64,000 nucleotides of DNA, taken from the NCBI RefSeq assembly GCF_024223415.1, contig NZ_CP100500.1. One strand, written 5' to 3'. This document shows positions 42,775-52,582 of the stretch, one piece after another. Both the position numbers and the translations under genes were made by a program. The notes beneath the pieces are model-generated. The model searched no databases, was not told the origin of the DNA, and saw only the letters and a program-made list of their open reading frames with translations. This stretch comes from Escherichia coli (GTDB lineage Bacteria > Pseudomonadota > Gammaproteobacteria > Enterobacterales > Enterobacteriaceae). How positions within the stretch are numbered: position 1 is the first letter of the stretch; each line of letters opens with the position of its first letter.

Positions 42775-44283
42775 TTATTCTTCGGACTGGTCGTCGGTGT
42801 GCTGCGGCTCCTGTCGTTTCGTTGCGGCACTGCTGCCTCCTTTATCACTGGCCGGATCGGTATCAAATACCAGATCCAGCTTGCGGTTTTCATCAATTTC
42901 GGCCTTGCGCCGACGTTTGACATCATCCGGATTACGACCACCTGCACGTACCCAGTCTGATTCTGTCGCCGCTCCACCACGAATCTGGATTTTCCAGGCC
43001 TCAGCCTCCTTAACAGGGTCAATCCACGGCATCACCGGTCCGGAATACACCGCGGTATACAGTGAAGAACGGTCAAGATCGCGGGGTAGCCTGATAACAC
43101 CGGATGCCACAGCCTGTTTCAGCCAGGCACGGTACATCGGGCGGGTGACGGCACCAATAAACCAGTCCTGCAGGATCAGGTAGCCATCAGTGGATTCAAC
43201 CAGCTCCTGACGCTGGGCGCTGTAAGTGCCGTTATAGTTGCGCGCTGTACTGGAAAAACTCAGACGACTGCCAGCCGCCACTGCACGCAACTGACCATTA
43301 CGAAAAGTTTCAAGATTAGGATTGGGGCGATCCGACTTCACCATTCCGATTTCTTCGCCGGGTTTCAGATCGTCGTAAATAATGCCTGGCTGAATGGTAA
43401 GCTCGCGTTCCTTATCCTTGCTGCCATTACCATCCGGTTCATAGCTCTGCCCGTCGCCTTTGCGGATGTACATCCCCAGAGCAGCGGCGATCCTTGCTGC
43501 AGTCAGCTCATAATCTTCATAATCTTTCAGGGCACTGAGGCGGATCAGCACACCGGACAACAAAGACGTCCCGCGCATCTGGTGCAGACGGCGAACAAAT
43601 TTAAGATGCAGCATTCGCTCTGCATCCACTTCTTTGGTTTCCATCTGCCGTCCGGATACGGGACGGCTTTTATACACCAGATATTTTTCGGGACGCCCCC
43701 AGTCATCAACAAACACGCCCTGATTCAGCCTGTTGCTCTCATCACTGGTCATGGGAATAAAGTCCGGCTCGAGCGCCTCCAGCCAGAAATGAACACCGGC
43801 AGAAGGCGTCAGGCTGTTTATGCGCCCGGAAACCATCTGGGCAAACACCTCACCATCGCGCAGCCAGGTACGCAGCATCAGACGTTCCAGTATCGGACGG
43901 GTAAACTGCCCGGTGACTTCCGGGCTGACAGACCATTCACTCCATCGGGTGCGAATCTCCGCTGCCAGATCACGGGCAATGGCCCCATTGCGTAATACCG
44001 GATGTGGCTCGACAATAATCCCGTTTTTCCCCACCACCCGTTCTTCCCGCTTGTCAAATACACCAATAACCAGATCGTGGTTGTTATCAAGGTAACGGGC
44101 CTGCTCACGTAACGACACGGCCCCGTACTGGCTTAGCTGGTCGGCAGTTCGGTTCTCCCGTCGGGCTTTGTGTGTCCGCGTCGTTTTTACGGCTTCATAA
44201 GCCTGGATCACCGCACGGGAACGCAGCCTTGCCGCTTTCCATCCAGGTGAAAAAACGCCAATCACATCATCAAGAATTGCCAT
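42775..44283 (-). CDS. portal protein
   Basis: Start at internal ATG overlapping W stop (ATGA); track ORF 42775..44355; lambda B-like position. Confidence 0.85.
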   Translation of the reverse strand: MAILDDVIGVFSPGWKAARLRSRAVIQAYEAVKTTRTHKARRENRTADQLSQYGAVSLREQARYLDNNHDLVIGVFDKREERVVGKNGIIVEPHPVLRNGAIARDLAAEIRTRWSEWSVSPEVTGQFTRPILERLMLRTWLRDGEVFAQMVSGRINSLTPSAGVHFWLEALEPDFIPMTSDESNRLNQGVFVDDWGRPEKYLVYKSRPVSGRQMETKEVDAERMLHLKFVRRLHQMRGTSLLSGVLIRLSALKDYEDYELTAARIAAALGMYIRKGDGQSYEPDGNGSKDKERELTIQPGIIYDDLKPGEEIGMVKSDRPNPNLETFRNGQLRAVAAGSRLSFSSTARNYNGTYSAQRQELVESTDGYLILQDWFIGAVTRPMYRAWLKQAVASGVIRLPRDLDRSSLYTAVYSGPVMPWIDPVKEAEAWKIQIRGGAATESDWVRAGGRNPDDVKRRRKAEIDENRKLDLVFDTDPASDKGGSSAATKRQEPQHTDDQSEE

Positions 44284-44501
44284 CAGAACCTCGCCAGCCG
44301 GTACCCGGGATGCCCCCGTCGTCGTGTAATCAGAGCCGCAAGGCGGCGCTCCCACTCCTGCCGTCCCTGCCGGATCTCAGATAAGTTTTCCATGGTCATC
44401 TGCTGACCATTAAAGGTGACGGATTTTCCGTCCAGCACCGCCATTTCAGCTTCCATATAACGCTGAATCATGGCTTCGATATCATTCTGGTTCATAACCA
44501 T
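44283..44501 (-). CDS. head-tail joining protein W (gpW-like)
   Basis: 72 aa; between large terminase and portal. Confidence 0.8.
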   Translation of the reverse strand: MVMNQNDIEAMIQRYMEAEMAVLDGKSVTFNGQQMTMENLSEIRQGRQEWERRLAALITRRRGHPGYRLARF

Positions 44502-46594
44502 CCTCCGGAAGTCAGCCAGGGGTTAACATCGTCAGTTACTGTTTTCTTCCGTTTTTGTTTTTTAACAGGCGTGGATACCGGTTCCGGTGAGGATGACGGT
44601 TCGGTACTGTCCTGGACACACTCCAGCCAGGTTTCCCGGCTCGCCCACTCCGGTGCATCCGGCCAGCGGATCTTTTCGTATCCATGCAGAATGACCAGAG
44701 CCTCGGCATACACCATCAGGTCAAAAGCTTCGTTGGCACCGCGACCCGGCTTACTCCATTTCCCGTCACTGCTCCGCTCTTCATACGTCAGTTCGTCGTA
44801 AAACCAGCTCCCCAGCCAGTCAGGGAAATGCACATAGCCGGGACCTGGCGAGTCACGCCATAACGCGTTATTCACCCGGTCTTTCAGTGCATCCGTCTGA
44901 AGAAGCCAGAGCGGCACATCACCTGCGGCCTGCGCCCGTCGGCCCGTTCGTCCGGTGTTATCAGGGAATGTACGGGTGATCAGTTTTGCGCGCCGGATGC
45001 TGTCGCCCTTAAACAGGTAAATACGTTTACCAAGGCCATCACGACGGCAACGACGCCAGAATTTATAGGCATTATCAGTGACCCCGTCTTCACCGCCGGA
45101 GTCCACCGCCATTGCCATCAGTCGCATTTGTTGAGAAGGATCGGAGGCCAGCGGCCAGCTTTTATGAAAAACATCCGTCAGCAGGACATCCCAGTCTTCC
45201 GGATAGCTGGCCGGATCAATTCGCTGGCTCTCCCCGTCGCTGTCACCGCGCAATGACTGCGTGATGTTGTAACGATCAATAATCCAGCGTTCGCCACGGC
45301 TGCCATAGCCCGTTACCTGAACCACAAAACGGCGATGACGTCCCGCCTGCACATCCACTGTCGCCACAAGGAAATTAACGCCATCCGGCACACTGCGGGA
45401 AGGAACTGGCTCTGCCCGCTGCTCAAGCAGTTCACTTTTTCGTTGCTCCATGCTGGCGCGGGGAAGATAAGGTAATCCCCAGTCGGTATTGATAACCGTC
45501 TTGAGTGTTTCTTCACTTCCGGTTGTCTCGTATTCCTGTTCTGCAGTAAGCAGTTTGTAAACGAGTTGCGAGAGTGTCTGGTAAGCAGCTGCCGGACCCT
45601 CCATCCAGAATGACGCAATACGTGAGCGTCGGGGATCACCATAACGACTGCCATCCGCATTGATGGATTCACCATCCCGCAACCAGACCCCACGTCCGTT
45701 CAGCTCACGTTTGTGTTCAGGCATAATCCGTCCTGAACAGGAAGGACACTGAATATAAGCCGCCTCACTTGCCAGCACGGGATCGGCAATATCACGGAAA
45801 CCAGCAACCACATCGCCGCAGGGCTGAAAATACTCACCACAGTGTGGACAGGGCCAGTACCAGCGACGGCGATCACCACGGTTATAGAGCGACAGGATCC
45901 CCGTGGTTGGTGGAGCCTCATGCGGTGAAGTCCGTCGCCATTTCACATCCTTCACATCCCTGCCGGGGGAACTCTCCACCAACGTCATACCGCTGGACAT
46001 AAATGTGGTGGTACGTTTTGAGGCAAGAGAGAAGGCATCCCCCTCGCCATCAATATCTTCCGGAAAACGGTCATAATCCGTCAGCGCGACGCATTTATAA
46101 TCTGATGAGGACATGATATTGACTGACGGCCAGCCGATTTTCAGGTAGTTGCCAGCAAGGAATGTTCTGTCATAAACGTTGTTGTCATTTTTGTTCGGAC
46201 TCAGGCGACTGACCACTTCCGGGCTGACGCGAAACGTTCTGGCGAGTCGTTTTTTGGAGTGTTCGCGGGCTTTTTCCTCCGTCATCTGAATGATCAGCAT
46301 ATCAGCAGGATCGCAAATCACGTTGTAAATCACCCAGCCGTCAATCAGGCCGATAGTCTTGCCGGTTCGTGCCGGGCCAACAAATATCACTGCGTCGTAT
46401 TCACGCGAGGCCAGGCAGTTCATCGGCTCAATAACATACGGTGCCACCAGCGGATCCCACGGGACTGAGTTCCCGGCCCCCATGGGCACCCGCATATACT
46501 GAGCAACGGCATCAGCAACCCGCATTCGTCTCGGTGCGCGAAGGATATAACCTGAATCGGTTCGTGCTGCCTTTGCGGTTTCCTGATTCAGCAT
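44492..46594 (-). CDS. terminase large subunit
   Basis: 700 aa; Walker A-like VIFVGPARTGKT; lambda A-like. Confidence 0.9.
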   Translation of the reverse strand: MLNQETAKAARTDSGYILRAPRRMRVADAVAQYMRVPMGAGNSVPWDPLVAPYVIEPMNCLASREYDAVIFVGPARTGKTIGLIDGWVIYNVICDPADMLIIQMTEEKAREHSKKRLARTFRVSPEVVSRLSPNKNDNNVYDRTFLAGNYLKIGWPSVNIMSSSDYKCVALTDYDRFPEDIDGEGDAFSLASKRTTTFMSSGMTLVESSPGRDVKDVKWRRTSPHEAPPTTGILSLYNRGDRRRWYWPCPHCGEYFQPCGDVVAGFRDIADPVLASEAAYIQCPSCSGRIMPEHKRELNGRGVWLRDGESINADGSRYGDPRRSRIASFWMEGPAAAYQTLSQLVYKLLTAEQEYETTGSEETLKTVINTDWGLPYLPRASMEQRKSELLEQRAEPVPSRSVPDGVNFLVATVDVQAGRHRRFVVQVTGYGSRGERWIIDRYNITQSLRGDSDGESQRIDPASYPEDWDVLLTDVFHKSWPLASDPSQQMRLMAMAVDSGGEDGVTDNAYKFWRRCRRDGLGKRIYLFKGDSIRRAKLITRTFPDNTGRTGRRAQAAGDVPLWLLQTDALKDRVNNALWRDSPGPGYVHFPDWLGSWFYDELTYEERSSDGKWSKPGRGANEAFDLMVYAEALVILHGYEKIRWPDAPEWASRETWLECVQDSTEPSSSPEPVSTPVKKQKRKKTVTDDVNPWLTSGGWL

Positions 46595-47088
46595 TACTCC
46601 TCCTGCTGTAATTCCTCCTCATCATCCGCACCTGCTTCAGTCACCCGCAGGGCTATCTGATCGCGCAGATCATCAATAATGGACTGAACACGGCTCACAG
46701 CGGCAGGCTGCAGACCGCAGTCACGTTCAAGAATATCCGGTAATGTCTCCAGCACCTGCACGACCGCTTTTGCCCAGATGGCAAACTCCCGTCTGACATC
46801 ACTGGCCGGAATGAGTTGTGCCGTTTCCTGTTCGAACTTAAGACGCTCACGTTCAGACTGATACCAGGCTTTGCGCTCATGCGCGTCCATTTCGCCTTCT
46901 GCAACCGGCGGTGGTAATGCCAGAAATGCCGACACAATATCAACCACCCGATAAAGCTTGAGGTTGCTTTCATGCCCCCCTGCAACGGGTAGATTTTGCA
47001 GCCTTGCCGCAGCAGTCTGGCGATGTACACCTGACAGTGCCGCCAGTTGACTGATATTAAGCGTCAGATTTTTTAACTCTCGATCCAT
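46594..47088 (-). CDS. terminase small subunit (Nu1-like)
   Basis: 164 aa; N-terminal HTH (LNISQLAALSGVHRQTAAARL); stop overlaps terminase large start. Confidence 0.85.
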   Translation of the reverse strand: MDRELKNLTLNISQLAALSGVHRQTAAARLQNLPVAGGHESNLKLYRVVDIVSAFLALPPPVAEGEMDAHERKAWYQSERERLKFEQETAQLIPASDVRREFAIWAKAVVQVLETLPDILERDCGLQPAAVSRVQSIIDDLRDQIALRVTEAGADDEEELQQEE

Positions 47089-47409
47089 ACCCGCTCCAGA
47101 ATGTTTTAAACATGCATCTTGCGAACAACTTTAGGCAAACGGTGTTAGTGATGAACAAAAAACAATCAAAATCGACACTACAAAAATAAAACCACTGTAA
47201 TATCAATCTATTACAGTAGTGGTGATGACGAATGAAATTTCAAAAACTAGCCTTTTTCCGCGATGCTCCCGCCCCGTGCCAGCCTCCCCCATTAGGAGGA
47301 CCCACATTTCTTATCAGGTATTCAAAACGCCCACCTCAATGAGGTCGGATCAGATTGATGTGAGAGAACAAATCATGCAAACTATCTAAGCTCATGGTAA
47401 GAAGTAGCA

Positions 47410-47835
47410 GTGACAAGAGGATATTTCCTGATGGAGCAGGCAAATATTTTTCAAGAGATATTCGAACACGTTAGAAGTAATTTATACTTCCCATGGTTTT
47501 ACTCCGAATTAAAACGCCATAATATTGCGCATTATATTTATTATCTGGCTACTGATAATATAAGACTAATTACTCATGATGATAATGTTTTATTAGTTCG
47601 AGGCAGTAGAGGACTTGTGAAAGTTAGCACATCAAAAAAACCAGAGTTAATTAAAGAAGCAGCCAGGAATCTTATATCAGGTAAATCTACATTTCACCAA
47701 TATCGTCTCACTTTAGCAAAAGCAGGTGTTTATCGCTGGATTACAGATATAGATAAAAACATACGGTTTTACTATTCGTTTGATCACGATCTTTTGTACA
47801 TGGAAGATGTTGAAAATAACAGACCATTAATATAG
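47410..47835 (+). CDS. hypothetical protein (moron; possibly YbcV/DUF1398-like, unverified)
   Basis: 141 aa on the strand opposite to late genes, in an AT-rich island between terminase and lysis genes. Confidence 0.5.
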   Translation: MTRGYFLMEQANIFQEIFEHVRSNLYFPWFYSELKRHNIAHYIYYLATDNIRLITHDDNVLLVRGSRGLVKVSTSKKPELIKEAARNLISGKSTFHQYRLTLAKAGVYRWITDIDKNIRFYYSFDHDLLYMEDVENNRPLI

Positions 47836-48152
47836 GAATTAATTAAATCAGCAGTCCGGTTTCATACACCTCTGTACCGGACTAGCTGCATGAAGAGCAA
47901 ACCCGCGAAGCATAAAAGCGGTAAACCCAGGTGTGTATCGTTTTTTATTATTCCCACACACTCGTGCTCCCCGTCGGACTACACTCATGGTTAACGAAGG
48001 AATACAGCGACGATACGGCGCACAGAAATAAATCAGGCATCTATTGACCTCATAAAAACGATGCATTGCCTTGCTATGAGTAATGGTGTCAATTAAAGCT
48101 TTGGCTCTCTCTAGCCCCGGCGAATCTTCAGCGGATTATCCTTGGCCGGTTT

Positions 48153-48617
48153 TTATCTGAGGCATTGCTCTCGAATGTATAGCTGTGCCCCTTCAAGTTG
48201 TTTTTGCATTATTATCAGTCGCTCTCTGAGGGTGAAATAATCCCGTTCAGCGGTGTCTGCCAGTCGGGGGGCGGCTGCATTACCCACGCCGGAGGCGGCG
48301 GTGGCTTCACGCACGGTCTGACAGACTGCTCTGATGCGCAACCGACGACGACCAGCGGCAATATCATCACGAAGAGCATCATTTTCAGCTTTCGCATCAG
48401 CTAATTCCTTCAGGTATTTTGCATCGAGTGCAGTAATATCACGCTGGCGCTGCTGCATGTCAGTAATGGCTGCATTCGCCTGGCTGAGTTTTGTCTTCGC
48501 ATCATCTCTCTGCTCTTTGTAGATGATGGCATTATCGCGGTAATGGGCTATTGCCAGCAACAGCGCACCACTGACCACCAGTAGAATAACAATCACCGCA
48601 TACAGAACCCGTTTCAT
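48153..48617 (-). CDS. i-spanin Rz
   Basis: Start at internal ATG (MKRVLYAVIVILLVV, N-terminal TM); coiled-coil periplasmic domain; track ORF to 48668. Confidence 0.85.
   Translation of the reverse strand: MKRVLYAVIVILLVVSGALLLAIAHYRDNAIIYKEQRDDAKTKLSQANAAITDMQQRQRDITALDAKYLKELADAKAENDALRDDIAAGRRRLRIRAVCQTVREATAASGVGNAAAPRLADTAERDYFTLRERLIIMQKQLEGAQLYIREQCLR
48215..48397 (-). CDS. o-spanin Rz1 (lipoprotein embedded in Rz, +1 frame)
   Basis: 60 aa; lipobox LVVVGC; proline-rich; wholly inside Rz. Confidence 0.85.
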   Translation of the reverse strand: MRKLKMMLFVMILPLVVVGCASEQSVRPCVKPPPPPAWVMQPPPDWQTPLNGIISPSESD

Positions 48618-48618
48618 T

Positions 48619-48837
48619 TCACCACCAGCGTATCTGAGCAATGAAATAACCGGAGGCCATAATCGCAAACACCAGCCAGAAAAGAATGAATTTCCAGGTG
48701 GATAATTTTTCAGCCATAGTTCGAATCTCCCGAATCAGTTTGCTAAAATCAAACACACTTTCTCCTTTGGCTTTTCCGGAGTCAGGAAACACAAAAAACC
48801 CGACTGTTCGCGCAATCGGGGGTCTGCTCTTATTCAC
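48619..48837 (-). CDS. small hypothetical membrane protein between endolysin and Rz
   Basis: ORF up to 72 aa, possibly 32 aa from internal Met; hydrophobic C-terminal helix; stop overlaps Rz start region. Confidence 0.3.
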   Translation of the reverse strand: MNKSRPPIARTVGFFVFPDSGKAKGESVFDFSKLIREIRTMAEKLSTWKFILFWLVFAIMASGYFIAQIRWW

Positions 48838-48914
48838 TACTTCAATTCATTTATGACTAATATCGTGTTATCCACCCGCGTTGGCCAACGTCATTTTTCA
48901 GAGAAATATTCTGC

Positions 48915-49448
48915 TTATCTGTCGATCCCCCAGCACACTAACGCGCTCTCCTGATCACGACGAATAACCTGACCGTAACAGTTATTTGAACGAATGCGGC
49001 AATCACGCCCCCTGTCCTTAATCCACCAGCGAATCGCCTCGCATGCACCTTTACGATCACCAGCATTCAGCCGTTTATAAAACGTCGACGGAAAACACTT
49101 ACCGGGGCCAATGTTATAGGGACAAAATGACGCGATACCCGCTTTTTGTGGTTCGGTCAGTGGTACTTTAATATTGCGCTCCACCCATGCCAGAGCCTTA
49201 TCACGCTCAATAGCGTTAACCTGGTCGCATTTTTCCTTCGACAGTTTCATATTGGGAAAAACGGGTTTTCCATCCACCACTGTGGCACCCCGACAGATGG
49301 TCCATATGCCGGAACCATCACGGTATGCCATTGTGTGGTTACCTTCTTTTTCGTCCAGAAACTGGTCAAGTATCTGAGGAGCAGATGCACCAGCACCAAT
49401 CAGCGCCAGAACGGCAGCCGACAGGCCGTATTTGACTTTTACGTTCAT
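48915..49448 (-). CDS. SAR endolysin (T4-lysozyme-type, R21-like)
   Basis: 177 aa; N-terminal signal-anchor-release segment; catalytic E-x8-D-x5-T (EGNHTMAYRDGSGIWT). Confidence 0.9.
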   Translation of the reverse strand: MNVKVKYGLSAAVLALIGAGASAPQILDQFLDEKEGNHTMAYRDGSGIWTICRGATVVDGKPVFPNMKLSKEKCDQVNAIERDKALAWVERNIKVPLTEPQKAGIASFCPYNIGPGKCFPSTFYKRLNAGDRKGACEAIRWWIKDRGRDCRIRSNNCYGQVIRRDQESALVCWGIDR

Positions 49449-49553
49449 GGATATTTATCAGGATTTATCGATTTCTGAACCCAGGATATGTTTATCTGTC
49501 CCAACCTGTTGAATCAGGCGGAGAACAGGTAAATACAATCAAGAGGATTATTT

Positions 49554-49826
49554 ATGGACAATAACACCATTTCTCTTCAGGAGTTGCTCGACTGCATTTC
49601 CAGGCTTCGGGATGATGTTAATGCCCTTACTGTCGCATTTTCATATCTGGCATTGTCAATTCCCAGGGAACAAATGCAACCAACACTGGCATCGCTCCAG
49701 CTTGAATCACACAGCCCAAAATGGTCCCAGGAACAACAAAATTCCTTCAAGTGGCTGGTGGCATTACTGGAAGATAAATATGCTGTTAAAATTAAAATTC
49801 CGGCGGAGTCTTCAGAGAACCAGTAA
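49554..49826 (+). CDS. hypothetical protein, opposite strand within lysis cassette
   Basis: 90 aa; RBS aagagga upstream; protein-like composition while the antisense frame is low-complexity. Confidence 0.45.
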   Translation: MDNNTISLQELLDCISRLRDDVNALTVAFSYLALSIPREQMQPTLASLQLESHSPKWSQEQQNSFKWLVALLEDKYAVKIKIPAESSENQ

Positions 49827-50136
49827 TTTTTCCCGGTAGCTTTACTTTGTAAGTTATCCACACATTCTGCGCCTCTAAAATTATGGGGTGCTTTTCTGGC
49901 GACAGCTCATTCCCTTCACATAACCCGGCAGCAACATCCAGGAAGACCTGTCTGATTCTCCTTCTGGCTGCTGCCTCATAAAACTCCAGTGCAGCACCTT
50001 CAACACGATCCATAGTGATATCAAGGTCAAAAATCTCACCGTCAAAGCGTTCTTTGTCTTGTAAGGCTAAAGTTACCGCAACTTTATTCTCAAAATTACG
50101 GACTCCTTTCACAACCAGTTCGTAGACTTGAGTCAT
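49792..50136 (-). CDS. hypothetical protein between holin and endolysin (possibly DUF1327/YdfR-like, unverified)
   Basis: 114 aa; starts 5 nt after holin stop on the late-gene strand. Confidence 0.55.
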   Translation of the reverse strand: MTQVYELVVKGVRNFENKVAVTLALQDKERFDGEIFDLDITMDRVEGAALEFYEAAARRRIRQVFLDVAAGLCEGNELSPEKHPIILEAQNVWITYKVKLPGKITGSLKTPPEF

Positions 50137-50140
50137 TGGA

Positions 50141-50356
50141 TTACTCTCCTCTCTCAGCCTTACGCCTGTCTTCTTTAATCTTGAAATAAAGGTTAGTCAG
50201 ATACGTCAGCATGCCAAATACCAGACTACCCAATACACCTATTGCCGCCCACTGTGAGGGCGTGACTTTATCGAGCAACTGTAAAAACCAGTAGCCAGCA
50301 CTGCCTGCAGAGGTGCCGTAGGCGATGCCCGTTGTTAACTTATCCATGGATTTCAT
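50141..50356 (-). CDS. pinholin (phage 21 S-like), dual-start motif
   Basis: Internal start [26 protein letters not shown]... closely matches S21; two Met codons 3 codons apart; track ORF to 50440. Confidence 0.85.
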   Translation of the reverse strand: MKSMDKLTTGIAYGTSAGSAGYWFLQLLDKVTPSQWAAIGVLGSLVFGMLTYLTNLYFKIKEDRRKAERGE

Positions 50357-50539
50357 AGCCTCACCTCCGCAGATAACGGATGGTGTACACGGTTTGGTTC
50401 GAAGAAGGAAAAAAGTTACATTAACGTAAGGCCCGAACATCTATTCAAAAAGAAAAACGCCAGCAATTATTCTGGCGTAGCTGAAAGCATCATACAATTA
50501 TCAAATACGAAAATTACAAAATCATTAAAACGCATCACG

Positions 50540-51280
50540 TTACATCATGTCTTTTTCTAAAAAAAATCTTGATGAATATTGATGGGGAGGAACACCAAAA
50601 TATCTTCTGAAAACACTTACAAAATATGACGTGTTTTCATAACCGCATATCTCAGCAACTTTTCCAACAGAATATAAATTGTAGCTTAATAACCTTTCCG
50701 CCATCACCATTCGCTCTTCAAGAATTAACTTACTAAATGATAAGCCTTCGTGCTTTAATTTTCTTTTTAACAGGCTTTCACTCAGATACAGTCTTGAAGA
50801 TATATCACAAAGTCTCCATGCTGCAGATATATCCGTGTGAATAATAGCCTTAACTTTACTTCCTAAACTATTAAGACATCCAAATAAAAAACTTTGCACT
50901 GTTTTCTCTGAAGATAAGATAGCAAGACATGCAAGTGATATTTGATTTCTAACAAAATCCACAGTTCTGCCATCAAAATTCAAGCATGCAATCAAATTCT
51001 TTAACAATGAAAAATCTTCACATTCCACCATCAAGTATGCCGGATAAAACCTTCTTACAGAAAAAGGTGAGAGTGTGTTGTTTTTAAAGAAATCATTAAC
51101 TGTTTTCTCTTCAACATCTACGATCATTACATGATCTATATTTGATGAAAAAAAATCTTTTAAATTGTAATCAATGAGAACAGCACTTCCTTTTTTAAAC
51201 AAAATATCTTCTTTACCAATTCGGACATCAAACGAGTTCAACACCAAAATGATAGAACATATGTATGGCATATTATCCAC
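50540..51280 (-). CDS. AraC-family transcriptional regulator (prophage cargo)
   Basis: 246 aa; AT-rich; C-terminal AraC HTH (GYENTSYFVSVFRRYFGVPPHQY). Confidence 0.8.
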   Translation of the reverse strand: MDNMPYICSIILVLNSFDVRIGKEDILFKKGSAVLIDYNLKDFFSSNIDHVMIVDVEEKTVNDFFKNNTLSPFSVRRFYPAYLMVECEDFSLLKNLIACLNFDGRTVDFVRNQISLACLAILSSEKTVQSFLFGCLNSLGSKVKAIIHTDISAAWRLCDISSRLYLSESLLKRKLKHEGLSFSKLILEERMVMAERLLSYNLYSVGKVAEICGYENTSYFVSVFRRYFGVPPHQYSSRFFLEKDMM

Positions 51281-51622
51281 CTGATATCATTGGGGTTACA
51301 CCAGGTAAGTATAGGTGGAAAATCAATATTCGCCAGTTCAACAATAAGGAAAATCTCATTGCATCACAAGTATAAAATTATGTATTTAACTCACAAAGAC
51401 AAATTATTAAACCAATCTGTTATATTATATATAGCTGCGTGGAATCATAATATTATATATTTTGACTGGCATGTTTACCAACTTTAAGTTGCATCTCAAT
51501 GGTTTCTTCAGCGTAAACAGAGTTTTTATACAAACTGACACTCTGGGTATCATAGTGTAGTTTTTACGATTGTAAATATCCTGCATGCAGGAACTCATCC
51601 TTTTGGATGATATCGCATACAA

Positions 51623-52582
51623 TTAATTTACCATCAGTCTTAGAGCCAGTTCGTCCGGATAGGGATCGAAGTAATTCTGTGTAAGCAAGTAGTCATTAGG
51701 ATACTCACCCAGATAATGCTTCAGCAGAGTCAACGGCGCAAGAAGAGGTAATGTGCCAGAACGATAGTTAAGTATAACCTCGCTCAACTCTTTACGCTGG
51801 CGTGTACTTAAGTAGTTACTAAAATACCCCTGTATATGCATCAGCACATTCGTGTGATTTTTACGTGATGCAGGTTTTCTGAGAATCGCCATCAGCTTAT
51901 CACGATACACCTCAAAGTATGATTCAAGGTCCGCCCACTCGTGTATTGCAGCCACAAATGGTCCCATATCTTTATAGCCTGCCTGACTATGCGCCAACAA
52001 CTGAAGCTTATAACGACTATGAAAAGCTAATAACTCTCTTCTTGATAATTTCTCCTTGTAAAGGTGATTGAGCTCATGCAAAGCAAAAACTCTTTCAACA
52101 AAATTCTCACGAAGCACTGGATCATGTAATCGCCCATCCTCTTCAACCGGTAGCCAGGAAAACTTTTCCATCAAAGTGCTCGTAAATAGTCCCACTCCAT
52201 CTTTACGACCTCGATTACCATTTTCATCATAGACACGCACGCGCTCCATGCCACAGCTGGGAGATTTAGCACAAACCACAAACCCCGATACATCCTTTAA
52301 TTTGTCCATATAAGAACGACTAAACTCTGTCATTCTCTCTGTCACATCCTCATTCTGGTCGTGGCTGAAACACATCCGTATATTTCCTTGCGTCGAGCGC
52401 ACAAGACGTAGAGCAGGACGCGGAACTGGCAGCCCTATAGCCATTTCCGGACATACTGGTCTGAATGTTACCCATTCCACTAATTTGTCCATTAAAAAGT
52501 CAGCTCTTTTGTGACCACCATCAAAACGAACAGCAGAACCGGCCAAACAACCGCTGATTCCAATCACAGGTTTTTTTATCAT
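51623..52582 (-). CDS. DUF523 (TudS-like) / DUF1722 fusion protein
   Basis: 319 aa; N-terminal Cys-containing DUF523-like region (GISGCLAG...CPEM...SPSCG), C-terminal YbgA-like region. Confidence 0.6.
   Translation of the reverse strand: MIKKPVIGISGCLAGSAVRFDGGHKRADFLMDKLVEWVTFRPVCPEMAIGLPVPRPALRLVRSTQGNIRMCFSHDQNEDVTERMTEFSRSYMDKLKDVSGFVVCAKSPSCGMERVRVYDENGNRGRKDGVGLFTSTLMEKFSWLPVEEDGRLHDPVLRENFVERVFALHELNHLYKEKLSRRELLAFHSRYKLQLLAHSQAGYKDMGPFVAAIHEWADLESYFEVYRDKLMAILRKPASRKNHTNVLMHIQGYFSNYLSTRQRKELSEVILNYRSGTLPLLAPLTLLKHYLGEYPNDYLLTQNYFDPYPDELALRLMVN

Noticed and set aside
47848-48150. Bor lipoprotein gene expected between terminase and Rz
   Set aside because: No plus-strand ORF with a lipobox; the only ORF (47848..48066, minus strand) is Cys/Arg-rich and unconvincing.
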